From positions 47,785,873 to 47,849,872 of the forward strand of contig NC_068994.1 of NCBI RefSeq assembly GCF_001194135.2: a stretch of DNA of 64,000 nucleotides. Reading direction: 5' to 3'. The first letter of the stretch is position 1. Each line of letters opens with the position of its first letter. Below the pieces are notes generated by a model. It was given only the letters and a program-made list of their open reading frames with translations. It was not told the DNA's origin and searched no databases. Origin of the DNA: Octopus bimaculoides (Eukaryota). The translations under genes were made by a program, and so were the position numbers. Shown piece by piece: positions 1-10,657 of the stretch.

Positions 1-364
1 TAGTCTCCACAAGGACAATCCTGCTGACATGGTTGCTACATTAGAAGACACTCCAGCTTTATCAACAGTGCAAAAGTGGGCAGCTGAATTTAGGAGGGGA
101 ACGGAGAGTGTTGAAGATTACCCGAGGTCTGGATGTCCTACAACTGACACCACCAGGGAAAACAATGATCATGTTCACCGCATGGTGTTGGATGACAGGC
201 AATTGACTATAAATCAAACAGCCAATGCTATTAACATAACCTGTGAGAGAGTTGAGAATATTCAGCCCAATGAACTTGGCATGACAAAGGTTTCTGGTTG
301 GTAGGTGCCACGTCTTCTGGCACCTGATCAAAAGCGCACCAGGCTGATCACACCGTGGAGTGGG
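1..364 (+). mobile_element. Mariner-type transposase pseudogene fragment
   Basis: Reads STVQKWAAEFRRG...D.PRSG.P (HTH region) then SGW*VPRLL.PDQKR, which is the mariner WVPxxL linker with TGG>TAG; runs into an N gap. Confidence 0.85.
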
Positions 365-724
365 NNNNNNNNNNNNNNNNNNNNNNNNNNNNNNNNNNNN
401 NNNNNNNNNNNNNNNNNNNNNNNNNNNNNNNNNNNNNNNNNNNNNNNNNNNNNNNNNNNNNNNNNNNNNNNNNNNNNNNNNNNNNNNNNNNNNNNNNNNN
501 NNNNNNNNNNNNNNNNNNNNNNNNNNNNNNNNNNNNNNNNNNNNNNNNNNNNNNNNNNNNNNNNNNNNNNNNNNNNNNNNNNNNNNNNNNNNNNNNNNNN
601 NNNNNNNNNNNNNNNNNNNNNNNNNNNNNNNNNNNNNNNNNNNNNNNNNNNNNNNNNNNNNNNNNNNNNNNNNNNNNNNNNNNNNNNNNNNNNNNNNNNN
701 NNNNNNNNNNNNNNNNNNNNNNNN
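365..724. other. Assembly gap; others at 29329-29610, 37723-38297, 46350-46875, 52691-52700, 53119-53159 and 54863-54934
   Basis: Runs of N, mostly abutting microsatellites. Confidence 1.
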
Positions 725-2244
725 CACACACACACACACACACACACACACTGTTTTACAGACAGTTGTATTGACACTTGACTTACTGTCTACAATTTTG
801 TGTAAACAGAATATTGTGGAAAACTAATTTATACTTATTTCAATTACATATTTGCAGTGGTAAAGGTTGGCATTCTTTTATCTGAACATAACACACACAC
901 ACACACATATTTTGGTACAACCCCAACGATTTCAAGGAATGGTGATGGTCGATTACATCCACTCTGGTACTTGACTGATGATACTTTATCTTATCAACCC
1001 CAAAAAGATGAAAGGCAAAGTCAACCTCAGCAGAATTTGAACTCAGTGCATAGAGAGTCAGAAAAAATGCCACTAAGTATTTTGTCCGATACACTATAGA
1101 TTCTGCCAGTTTGCTACCTTAATGATAAGAAGAATGATAATAGTTTCTGATTTAGGCATAAGGCCAGTAATTCTGGGGAGAGGAAATAGTCAATTACATT
1201 GACAACTATTAGTACTTAATTTTATTGATCCTACAGTAATGAAAGGCAAAGTTGTCTATGACAGGATCTAGACTCTGGAGACCCAGAACAAATACTGCAA
1301 GGCATTTTATCCAATACTTGAACAATTCTACCTATCCACTGCCATGATAATGATTTTAAATTTAGGTACAATGCCATGGGATGAAAGGCAAAGTCGTTCT
1401 GGTTATAAAGAGGTAAAATAATTCTGTTACTCACTACTTCTATTATAATGAGGATTTTTAATATGGTTTGGTTTCAAGGCCATGAATTTTGGCAGTTGGT
1501 CATATCCAAGTAATTGACTGGTATTATTTTATTGATTCCAGTGGAGTGAAAGGCAAAAGCAACCCTGACAGAATTTGTGCTCTGAAAAAGAGCTGGAACT
1601 AAATATTGCAAAGTATATATATTTCAGCACTTTGCAAATTCTGCCAACCTACCATTTCTAAAAGACAGAATGTGATGGGAATAGCATATTCAGTTTAGCC
1701 AACCCTGTTATATACAACTGGTATCTGTTATATATAACCTTTCTGCTATATTTCCTTCAAATTACTGCCTTGAAAAAAATGAAGGCTACAGTGGCTAATA
1801 TAGTATTAAATACATTTTAGTAGGATGGTCTTGGCTGGAAAACCTTTGATCACAGCTCTGTTCTGTCAGGGTTGAACTAGTATTAAACCATACCAACCAA
1901 CCAGCTAGCACTTATTTTATCAACCCTCTTGAAATGATAATGCTTGGTAAAAGTTAACTTGAGTGCTAATTGAACTTGGAATCTAGAGGTATGAGATTAA
2001 AAATACTGTAATTCTTGTAATTCAACACTCTTCTCTTTTGTGCCAAGCCACGAAACTAAGTTGTGTGCATTTCTTAATTAGTTGCAGGAGGATTGGCAGC
2101 ATTCATGACATTTATGGAGAGGGGGCACCTAAATTAGTGAGTTCAATGTGGGTGTTGTTTAACTGAAAATTTTGCTGGTTGGTACCTGATGGGTGGATGA
2201 AATAATAATTATGAGCTTATCAGATGTTAAAAGTATCATCTGAG

Positions 2245-2462
2245 CATGACTGTTGCCAGGGCCACCGACTGGCTCCTGTGCCGGTGGCACGTAAAAAGCA
2301 CCATTCAAGCGTGATCGTTGCCAGCATCGCCTTACTGGCACATGTGCCAGTGGCATGTGAAAAACAACATTCGAGCATGGTCGTTGCCAGTGCCGCCGGA
2401 CTGGCACTCATGCCGGTGGCACATAAAAGCACCCACTACACTCTCAGAGTGATTGGCATCTA
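2245..2462 (+). mobile_element. SINE fragment (tentatively Ceph-type) with three 65-66 bp internal tandem modules
   Basis: GTTGCCAG recurs at 2252, 2317 and 2383; the third unit runs into the cactacactct-gagtg-ttggc core seen at 22378-22830. Confidence 0.6.
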
Positions 2463-2639
2463 AGACACTTTTGACCTTTTTTGATTTTAAAAATGTGATT
2501 CAGTTAATGCAGATTATTGTTGACAATAATGCTTAGGTACATTTACCAGTAGACTTATGGTTTATGTCGTGAAAGAAGTAGGTAAATTCTGCGATTTTCC
2601 TCCCAAAATGTATAATGGTGCAGGTATCTACAGCTAGCC

Positions 2640-3190
2640 TGAGTTGCTAGTCAGTGATCCATTGCAGAAAAGATCTATAGTATATAAGATCTGTTCTTTT
2701 TATCTCAAAGTACAGCTTAGCATCTGCATATTTTAGCACAGTGATATACTGCAAATCAGCCTCCATTTCATTAATATATGCAACAAACAAGAGTAGACCA
2801 AGAATAGTTCCCTGGGAGACTCCAGGTGTCATTGTTTAGAGTAGAGAATGTTATCCTAATGCCATGAATGTCTCTCTTTGACTAAGAATGAAGGACTTCA
2901 GCTAATTATAAAGATTAGCCCTAATGCTCATTGTCGAGAGTTTCAAGTGTTCCATGGTTGCGTATGGTTCCAGGTAAAAAGTATAGGGTAAAGTGTTTAG
3001 TGTAGGGTTTGGCAAAAGCAACACAGTAGGAATGGTGAGCGGTGAAGATGAGTTGAATGTTGATCAATGGGCATGGTTGGGTATATAGAAACAGCCTGCT
3101 CGTTCAGAAGAGACAGAGAGAGGAACAGTATATTTGTGTACCAGTGTTCACACTGGATTAAAGGGTGAATATTTGCCAATATAGCCAAGA
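2640..3190 (-). mobile_element. Degenerate CR1/L2-like LINE reverse transcriptase fragment
   Basis: GVSQGTILGLLLFVAYINEM...YADA corresponds to SGVPQGSxLGPLLF..YIND...YADD; stops and frameshifts upstream. Confidence 0.8.
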
Positions 3191-4027
3191 CTAATTTTAG
3201 TATTACAATCTTGAATGTTTGTATGTGTAGATAGTGGAACGTGAATTTTAAATGTGGGTCACACGTGTTTTGTTACAGTTTAGCAACTGATCAGGGCAAA
3301 ATTAGTATCTTGACCTTGTGAAATACATCCTTTTATGGTTGAGTTCATGCTGTTATAGATAAAAGCTCATACAAAAACCTTATCAAAAACCAAATTTCTA
3401 CCTATAATTTCAATATATGTTCCTTTTGGTTTTTAGTATTGATTTTTTTTTTTTTTTAACACGATCTTTTATAATCATTATCTTTAAAACTGTTCCACTA
3501 TCTCCATTCATTCACCAAAATCAAAAAATTGAGCAACTTTTATTTGAATAATGTGCAATGTACTGAACTTTGGCCAGTAATATAAATATCAGTGTGCTAT
3601 GGTGAGTAGGCGTCTTATCAGACCAAAAAGAAAACATGTATCAAATTGTTTTGATGTTCATATTTGAAGAAAGAAAATGAAGTTTGAGATTTCGAGAATT
3701 TTAGAATTTAGTGATATAAGTATAATATATCATTGTTTTATATTTCCATGTCTGTTTTGTCTTCTTTTTGTCAGCTTTCAGTTATATTGACATTTCCTTT
3801 GTGTAAATTAAAAAAAGGAATGTAAAGGTGGAAAAGGAGGTGTTGTCCTTGAGTGAATGTATTGAAAAGTGGGTAAAAGTGGTGAAAATGTCTTGTCTCT
3901 CACACACATGACATAGGAATATAGCCTGGCTCTTTCTAATCTTTACATCAACAAACAGTAGTGGTTGGGAGGGAAGCCCCTAGTCCTCGTGTGTTAAGTA
4001 AGCTTTTAAATGCTCCCTGCATTGAAT

Positions 4028-4231
4028 ACTCTTTTACTTGTTTCAGTCATTTGACTGCGGCCATGCTGGAGCACCGCCTTTAGTGGAGAAAATCGACTGT
4101 AGGACTTATTCTTTGTAAGCCTAGTACTTATTCTATCAGTCTCTTTATGCCGAACTGCTAAGTTATGGGGACATAAACACACCAGCATCGGTTGTCAAGC
4201 GATGGTGGGGGGGACAAACACAGACACACAA

Positions 4232-4272
<41 letters not shown>

Positions 4273-4438
4273 TACGACAGGCTTCTTTCAGTTTCCATCT
4301 ACCAAATCCACTCACAAGGCTTTGGTCGGCCCGAGGCTATAGTAGAAGACACTTGCCCAAGGTGCCATGTAGTGGGACTGAACCCGGAACCATGTGGTTG
4401 GTAAGCAAGCTACTTACCACACAGCCACTCCTGCGCCT
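4028..4438 (-). mobile_element. tRNA-derived SINE family A, full-length copy; further copies at 7687-8069(-), 9921-10085(+), 23739-24100(+), 37331-37712(+), with fragments near 5080, 35770, 36400, 46245
   Basis: Head GCGCAGGAGTGGCTGTGTGG (A box) and GGTTCAGTCC (B box), central (TA)/(GT) microsatellite, tail ...cagtcaaatgactgaaacaagtaaaag; the copies align by eye. Confidence 0.85.
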
Positions 4439-6799
4439 ATAATATTGACACTAGCTTTTGTTATGTCGTTAACCTGTCATCATCACTTTGCCCAACTCTC
4501 ATTTTACCGACACACTCTATCATTAACCTCTCACGCTTTGTTTTTTTGCTTCTTATTCTGTTTCTTGTTTGTTGGTAAGAGAAGTTCTACCTTCATTTTT
4601 TTTTTTCTAAAAGAACCCAAAAAAGCTGATAAAATTCTACTGTTCTAGATTTGATTATATGTTGTATAAAAAAGAAATACAATGCAAATAGACTGGTAGT
4701 TAGAGAAACTCAGCTATTAAGCCAGTACATTGTTGACCTTATATATATGAACACAAAAACACACATGATGTTTGTGTGTGTGTTTGTATTTATTCTGTGT
4801 TATAATCTGCTCAGGGTCAACTTCAGATCACTGATACAGACTCATATAAAAAAATGTCTAAGTGTTTGATCTTAGTCCAAGCTTGAATGAGGATGAGGTC
4901 AGTACTAGAGGTACTTTAGAAACAATGACATGGCATATTTTAAATGTTTTCTTTTCATTTCACTTTATTTGCACAGTGGAGGTGATAGTTATTCTCTAAA
5001 ATTGGGTGTGTATTTTAACCATAGATGTGTCTCTATAAAAGAATTTGTTTCATAAGAAAATGAGAACACTTTATAGCTGCATGATTAAGAAGTTTGCTTC
5101 CCAACCACCTAATTTCAGGTTCAGTCCCACTACAAATCACCTTGGTCTTCTACTCTAGTCCAAGGCCAACCAAAGGTTTGTCAATAGATTTGGTAGATGG
5201 AAACTGAAAGAAGCTTGTTGTATGCATGTGTTTGTGTATGTGTATGAAGGTTTAGATCTTATTGTCTTTATAAAAATCATTGTTGTGCAAGCATGGCCCC
5301 CTCATTTCCAATCTTCCATGAAAACATGTTCAGCCATGTAAAAATATTACCTTCTTTGGAAACAGATGAGGGTTAGCAACAGGAAGGGCATCTGATCATA
5401 GAGAATCTGCCTCAACCAATTCCATCTGATCCATGCAGACATGCAAAAAAAAAAAGATGTTAAACCAATGATGGTGTAATATGAGACCATTATATGTATC
5501 TAAATATAGTGGTCATTCTACATCCTATTGTGTACACACACACACACACACACATATATATACTTAGTCTTGATATTAGACTTTATTAGCACCAATTTGA
5601 GACAGATGTTAAACGGTGATGATGAGTGCCTGCCATTCTATTACTCAATATTAGATATTATAATACAACAGATATATTATATGGGTTTGTTCCTGTCTCT
5701 CTCAAATTGGTATTTAAATATTTTTCATTGCATTTATATCAAACATCTTAGCAGTGAATTCATACTTAGTCTTGTTGTGAAGATTGGATTGTGTTAAAAC
5801 TCTAGTGAATGAAAGTAGGCCGAGTGTACCTAAGTCATGTGCTCTCCTATTAAACATTTTTATTACAGCATTACACGCTGAATGTCGCACTGCGTGTAGT
5901 TTATTATCTTACATAAACCTACTTAGTCTGGTTAAGTCGAGGCCAGTTCTGTTTCAGTAGATCTCTAATAATTGACGTTGTGTAGATGCTCCCTCATTGG
6001 TTCAGTTGTGGTTAGTGTTTGTGATCGTTGTCTTTTTTTGTTTAGCATTAGGTCAGCCCAACCCTATCCAAGAGAACTTATCAAAGACACTCCAGCTATG
6101 CCCATACCCTTTTTTATATCTTTACCTTCAATTTTAACCAGAATATAAAAGAGCTGGAACAAACACTTCAAGCCATTTTTCCTAATGCTTTACAGTTTTT
6201 ACAGAAACTGACTTATAATGAATGGAGTTCTAGCTGTAACCACCCTGTCCTTTTCTCAGTATTGTGCATTTAAGTCTATATTATTCAGTGCATCCCTCTC
6301 TGTGCAAGATAGTAGGGGTTTGGTTACCATTTCTAGTAGATCAAGTGAGACCGAAAGGATGAAAGACGAAGTTGACCTCGGCAGCATTTGAACTCTGAAC
6401 ATAAGGATGGACAAAATACTGCTAAGTATTCTGCCTGTCATGCTAATGATTCTGCCATCTCACCACCTTTGTTATAATGATAATATTGATGGTTTTACTA
6501 CCAAATGATTATATGATGAGTCAAGTTGTGAGAATTCTGCTACCTGTTGCATGATTATCCAAAGAATTTCTCACACTGGCACAAAGCCAGATGTTGTATG
6601 AGAGTGGCATAGTCAATTGGTTGGATGTTAGTACATGACTGGTATTTATTTTTTATTGATACCAGAGAGATGTGTGATGAAACCAACCAAGGCAGAATTT
6701 AAATTCACACAAAGGAAGGTCACTGAATTTGGTACTAGTTTCACTACCCCACTCTCTAAAATACCAACAATCCCTGACCCCGAAAGAGAGCATCTACAT

Positions 6800-7055
6800 C
6801 AATGGTTCTCGACTGGGGTCCTTAAGGCACTTGCAGGTCCATATAAGATTTTCTTGTTAAAATTTATCTGTAATAAATTGCTTATACTTCTACAATGCAC
6901 AAAATATTTCAACATTTTATTTTTCATACAATTTTTAATAATATTTTATTGTAAAAATATGAGGATTTTTTTAAAACATTGGATGGCTATGGGGTGTACC
7001 CTAGTAAAATAGGAATCAAAGGGGTCCACAAACAAAAGAATGGTTGAAACTATTG
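6800..7055. mobile_element. Degenerate hAT-type MITE
   Basis: Ends caatggttctcgactggggtcc ... ggggtccac...ggttgaaactattg resemble CAGTGGTTCTCAAC / GTTGAGAACCACTG terminal inverted repeats; TSD not clean. Confidence 0.55.
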
Positions 7056-7686
7056 ATTCACGTGGTTATTCACCCTGTTAGAAATAGCAGCCAAATCTTT
7101 CATAAATTACAACCTACTTTCTTAGGAAAAGACATTGATTAATATGGCTGTGGGTTTCCTGCACATTGGAAAAAAACAGGGTGCCTTTGATCATTGGTCT
7201 TCTTGATCAGAGTTGACTTGAATCTAACCAACAACAGCACCAAATCCACTCACAGAACATACCAGCTACCATTTATACCACAGAGAGCAGGCTAGATTTT
7301 CAGACAAATATCTTTTGGCTAAATAGAAGGGTAATTTATGCAACTAAAGGCTATAGTAAATTTAGCTAACCTCAGCACCTTATTGACACTTATTTTTAAT
7401 ACCCTCCTTACTCTAAAGAGGAGAGACAAAGGTAGACAAAGTGCCACCTCCTACCTCTCTCAAAAACCTCAATGGGATTTGAAATCTGAACATTAAAGGA
7501 TAGAGTTGCCATATCGGGCTACAAGGACCAGATTATGTGTACTTTACTGGACTGTATGCTGGAATTTGTATTCAATTTGGGCTGCTACTTTAAAATTCTA
7601 ACTATTACGAATTATTGCTTTAAATTTAAAAAAAAAAAGAAGTAAATTAGAATTCATCAGTAGACCATACTGATGATTTGTATGTA

Positions 7687-7852
7687 TACTCTTGTTTGAG
7701 TCATTTGACTGCGGCCATGCTGGAGCACCGCTTTTAGTCGAGCAAATCGACCCCAGGACTTATTCTTGGTAAGCCTAGTACTTATTCTATCGGTCTCTTT
7801 TGCCGAACCGCTAAGCGATGTTGGGAGGACAAACACAGACACACAAACATAT

Positions 7853-7899
<47 letters not shown>

Positions 7900-8069
7900 C
7901 ATATACGACAGGCTTCTTTCAGTTTCCGTCTACCAAATCCACTCGCAAGGGTTTGGTCGGCCCGAGGCTATAGTAGAAGACACATGCCCAAAGTGCCACA
8001 CAGTGGGAATGAACCCGGAGCCATGTGGTTGGTAAGCAAGCTACTTACCACACACCCACTCCTGCACCT
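7687..8069 (-). mobile_element. SINE family A copy
   Basis: Near-identical to 4028-4438. Confidence 0.85.
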
Positions 8070-8319
8070 ATATATATATATATATATATCCTCATATATA
8101 TAGGCTATATATATATAGTGTGTGTGTGTGTGTTAGCAAAATTTTCATTTGGGCTGCATTCTAAATCAATCCACTACTTTAAAAAAATTTTGTGCTACTT
8201 TTTATGAAACTGATCTGGCAACACTACAGTGAGTTGAAATCAAATATGCTTTAGCATATGGTTCAGCACTCTACTGCTTCAGCAATTCCACTATTGCAGC
8301 AGCCATAGTAATAGTGATT

Positions 8320-9250
8320 TCTACCTTTTGGTGCAAGGCCACATACATTTTTTTACGAAAGGTTAGTCGACTAAATTGACTTTAGTTCTTTTAGTGGTGC
8401 TTTATTTTATCCACCCACCAGAAGGATGGAAGCCAAACCTGACCTGGGCAGGATTTGAACACAGAACATGAAGCAACATGACTAAATATTGCAAGGCAGT
8501 TTGTGTGATGTTCTACCAATTCTGTTAGATATATTCACTCTGCCCTTAGTAATAATAATAATAATAATAATAATAATCCTTTCTACTATAGGTGCAGGAC
8601 CTAGAATTTGTGGGGAGGGGGATAGTTGATCACATCAACCCCAGTACTTGATGACTGGTACTTAATTTATTTACCCCAAAAGGATGAAAGGCAAAGTAAA
8701 CCTTGACGGTATTTGAACCCAAAATGTAAAGACAGATGAAATGCCACAAAGCAGTTTGCCCGGCGTGCTAACAATTCGGCCAGCTCACTGCCTTAATAAT
8801 AATAATAATAATAATAATTATTATTATTATCATTATTATTATTTCAAATTTTTTGCCACAAGGGCAACTTGGAGGAGGTGGGGATGACTTGATTACATCT
8901 GGTACTTATTTTATCGACCCTGAAAGGATGAAAGGCAAAGTCAATGACCTCAGCAGAATTTGAACTCAGAATGTAGCGATGCGCGAAATACCGCTAAGCA
9001 TTTCATTCAGTGTGCTAACGATTCTGCCAGCTCACCGCCTTAATAATAATAATAATAGTAATGATAATGATGATTTCTAGCATTGACTCTCAGCAGATTT
9101 TAAGTTTGCCACAGTATTTGACTAATGCATATTTCATCAAACAAGAAAGATAAAAGGCAAAGTGGCTTATGCTAAAAACTTAAATGGATTTCACTAAGTA
9201 CCACAAGGCATTTAGTCCATTGCTCCGTTATTTTGCCATTCACTACTTTG
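8320..9250 (-). mobile_element. tRNA-derived SINE family B, head-to-tail array of about 4 copies; many other copies (approx. 940-1660, 6270-6470, 14425-14630, 16770-16960, 27290-27625, 30745-30965, 40400-40860, 57620-57880, 58445-58610, 60385-60500)
   Basis: Shared consensus gagctggcagaat(c)gttagca...gttctgagttcaaattc(c)gccgaggtcgactttgcctttcatcctttcggggtcgataaa with A/B-box-like motifs and (ATT)n tails. Confidence 0.85.
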
Positions 9251-10089
9251 ATAAGAAAAGGTGTGTTTTGTTTCCTTAAGCTCAGGTTTACAGGGTAATG
9301 TCGGTCTTGGCGATAAACTGACAATGTTAGGCATATATTGACACTTCTAAAGGATTAAGTTGATGTGTGAAGGACATTACTTTCCATTGTGTGTATATGT
9401 GGAGGTTATTGTGTTGGATTATTCTGTCTGTAATGGATTAAATATTTAAAGATATCTTTGCATGTCTAAAAAACAAGTTGTTTATTTTAGAAAACAACTA
9501 TTTATCTTTTGTGCATTTTACATTTTGTCTAACACTGATGAATGTTAGTTTTTCTGTTGATTGAGCATAAAGCTGTTACTGGGGTTATATTTGTTTACTG
9601 TAGAAAAAAAAAAACAAATTACAAGGGGTCAGTTTTATTTGCCATGAAGAACGAAAAATCGAAAATACATTAAACATTTCAGACATTTCTCTGAAATGTT
9701 TTGATTTATTTAGTTCAGTACTCAAAAGAAAACACACACACACACACACATTTTTTAATTGGTTAACAAGTTACATAAAGGACTCAAGGCTAACAGTATT
9801 TTGTGCATAAGTGATATGCAGAAAACTCTCGACTCTTCAGTAACTTATATACAGTTTCAGCTGATTTTGTGTGTGTGTGTGGACATCATGTGATGGTTGT
9901 AAATAAGCATCATCATTATACGCAGAAGTGGCTGTGTGGTAGGTAGCTTGCTTACCAACCACGTGGTTCTGGGTTCAGTCCCGCAGTGTGGCACTTTGGG
10001 CAATTATCTTCTACTATAGCCTCGGGCCGACCACAGCCTGCTGAGTGGATTTGGTAGACGGAAACTGAAAGAAGCCCGTCGTATATATG

Positions 10090-10480
10090 TTGTAGGAAGT
10101 TCGTAGTAATGGAGGAAGCCCTGTGTAGTTGTAAAATAATTTATTATGGGGTGTGTAAAGCGAATGGGGGTTGGGAGGTGAATGTTTGCATGTAAGTAGG
10201 TTAAGTGATTCCTGGCTAAATGGGATTATTTAGATGAAGATGCTAGCGTAGGATCTGTACAGGGTCAAGTAGGTTTACCGATACTTGGGAAAGAAAAAGA
10301 GGCCTATATGTAGACAAAAAATACTGTCCTCATATTTTCTATTAAGAAGAGGTAGTTTCGCCGTTAGAATTTCCAGGCGTTCAGTTAAACAGAGAAAGCA
10401 CTGTCTATTGGTAGAGTTGTAAGGTGTGGTTTTTGCAAGTTTGTGCCATTCTGGATCTATGTGTGACATAAACAGCAATT
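10090..10480 (-). mobile_element. Penelope-like element fragment: C-terminal end of the GIY-YIG endonuclease plus 3' region
   Basis: W.KLAKTTPYNSTNRQCFLCLTERLEIL....LLNRKYE....CLH matches the recalled PLE C-terminal pattern W.IL....PY......C.LCL.EK..I.....LN.R.E....C.H. Confidence 0.7.
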
Positions 10481-10614
10481 ACATATATCTGTGAATGCAC
10501 ACACAGTCTCTCCCTCTCTCTGCCTCATTCTCTCTCTCTCTGCATACATGTTATATAGATATGTTAACAAAGTCACATAAAATGGCTAATTGCAATTTTT
10601 GCATTCTCCATCAG

Positions 10615-10657
10615 GCCATCATCGAGGATGATGTTACAAGCCGGTTTACAGCTGAAG
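10615..10657 (+). CDS. GPAT3/4: GPAT exon a (AIIEDDVTSRFTAE), 43 nt, phase 0-1
   Basis: ctccatcag|GCC...GAAG|gtaagt; matches the family segment IxDDEVTxRFxAEE. Confidence 0.9.

Noticed and set aside
62-827. Long ORFs spanning N runs (also 29138-29816, 37683-38405, 46183-47013, 54637-55227)
   Set aside because: They are open only because of Ns and dinucleotide repeats.
2245-2462. Regularly spaced palindromic repeats as a CRISPR array
   Set aside because: Eukaryotic context, no unique spacers and no cas genes; these are SINE-internal modules.
4192-4404. Recurrent peptide LLSVSVYQIHSQGFGRPEAIVEDTCP..C..VGLNPEPCGW (also 7766, 37372, 46209)
   Set aside because: It is the antisense translation of SINE family A, not a gene family.
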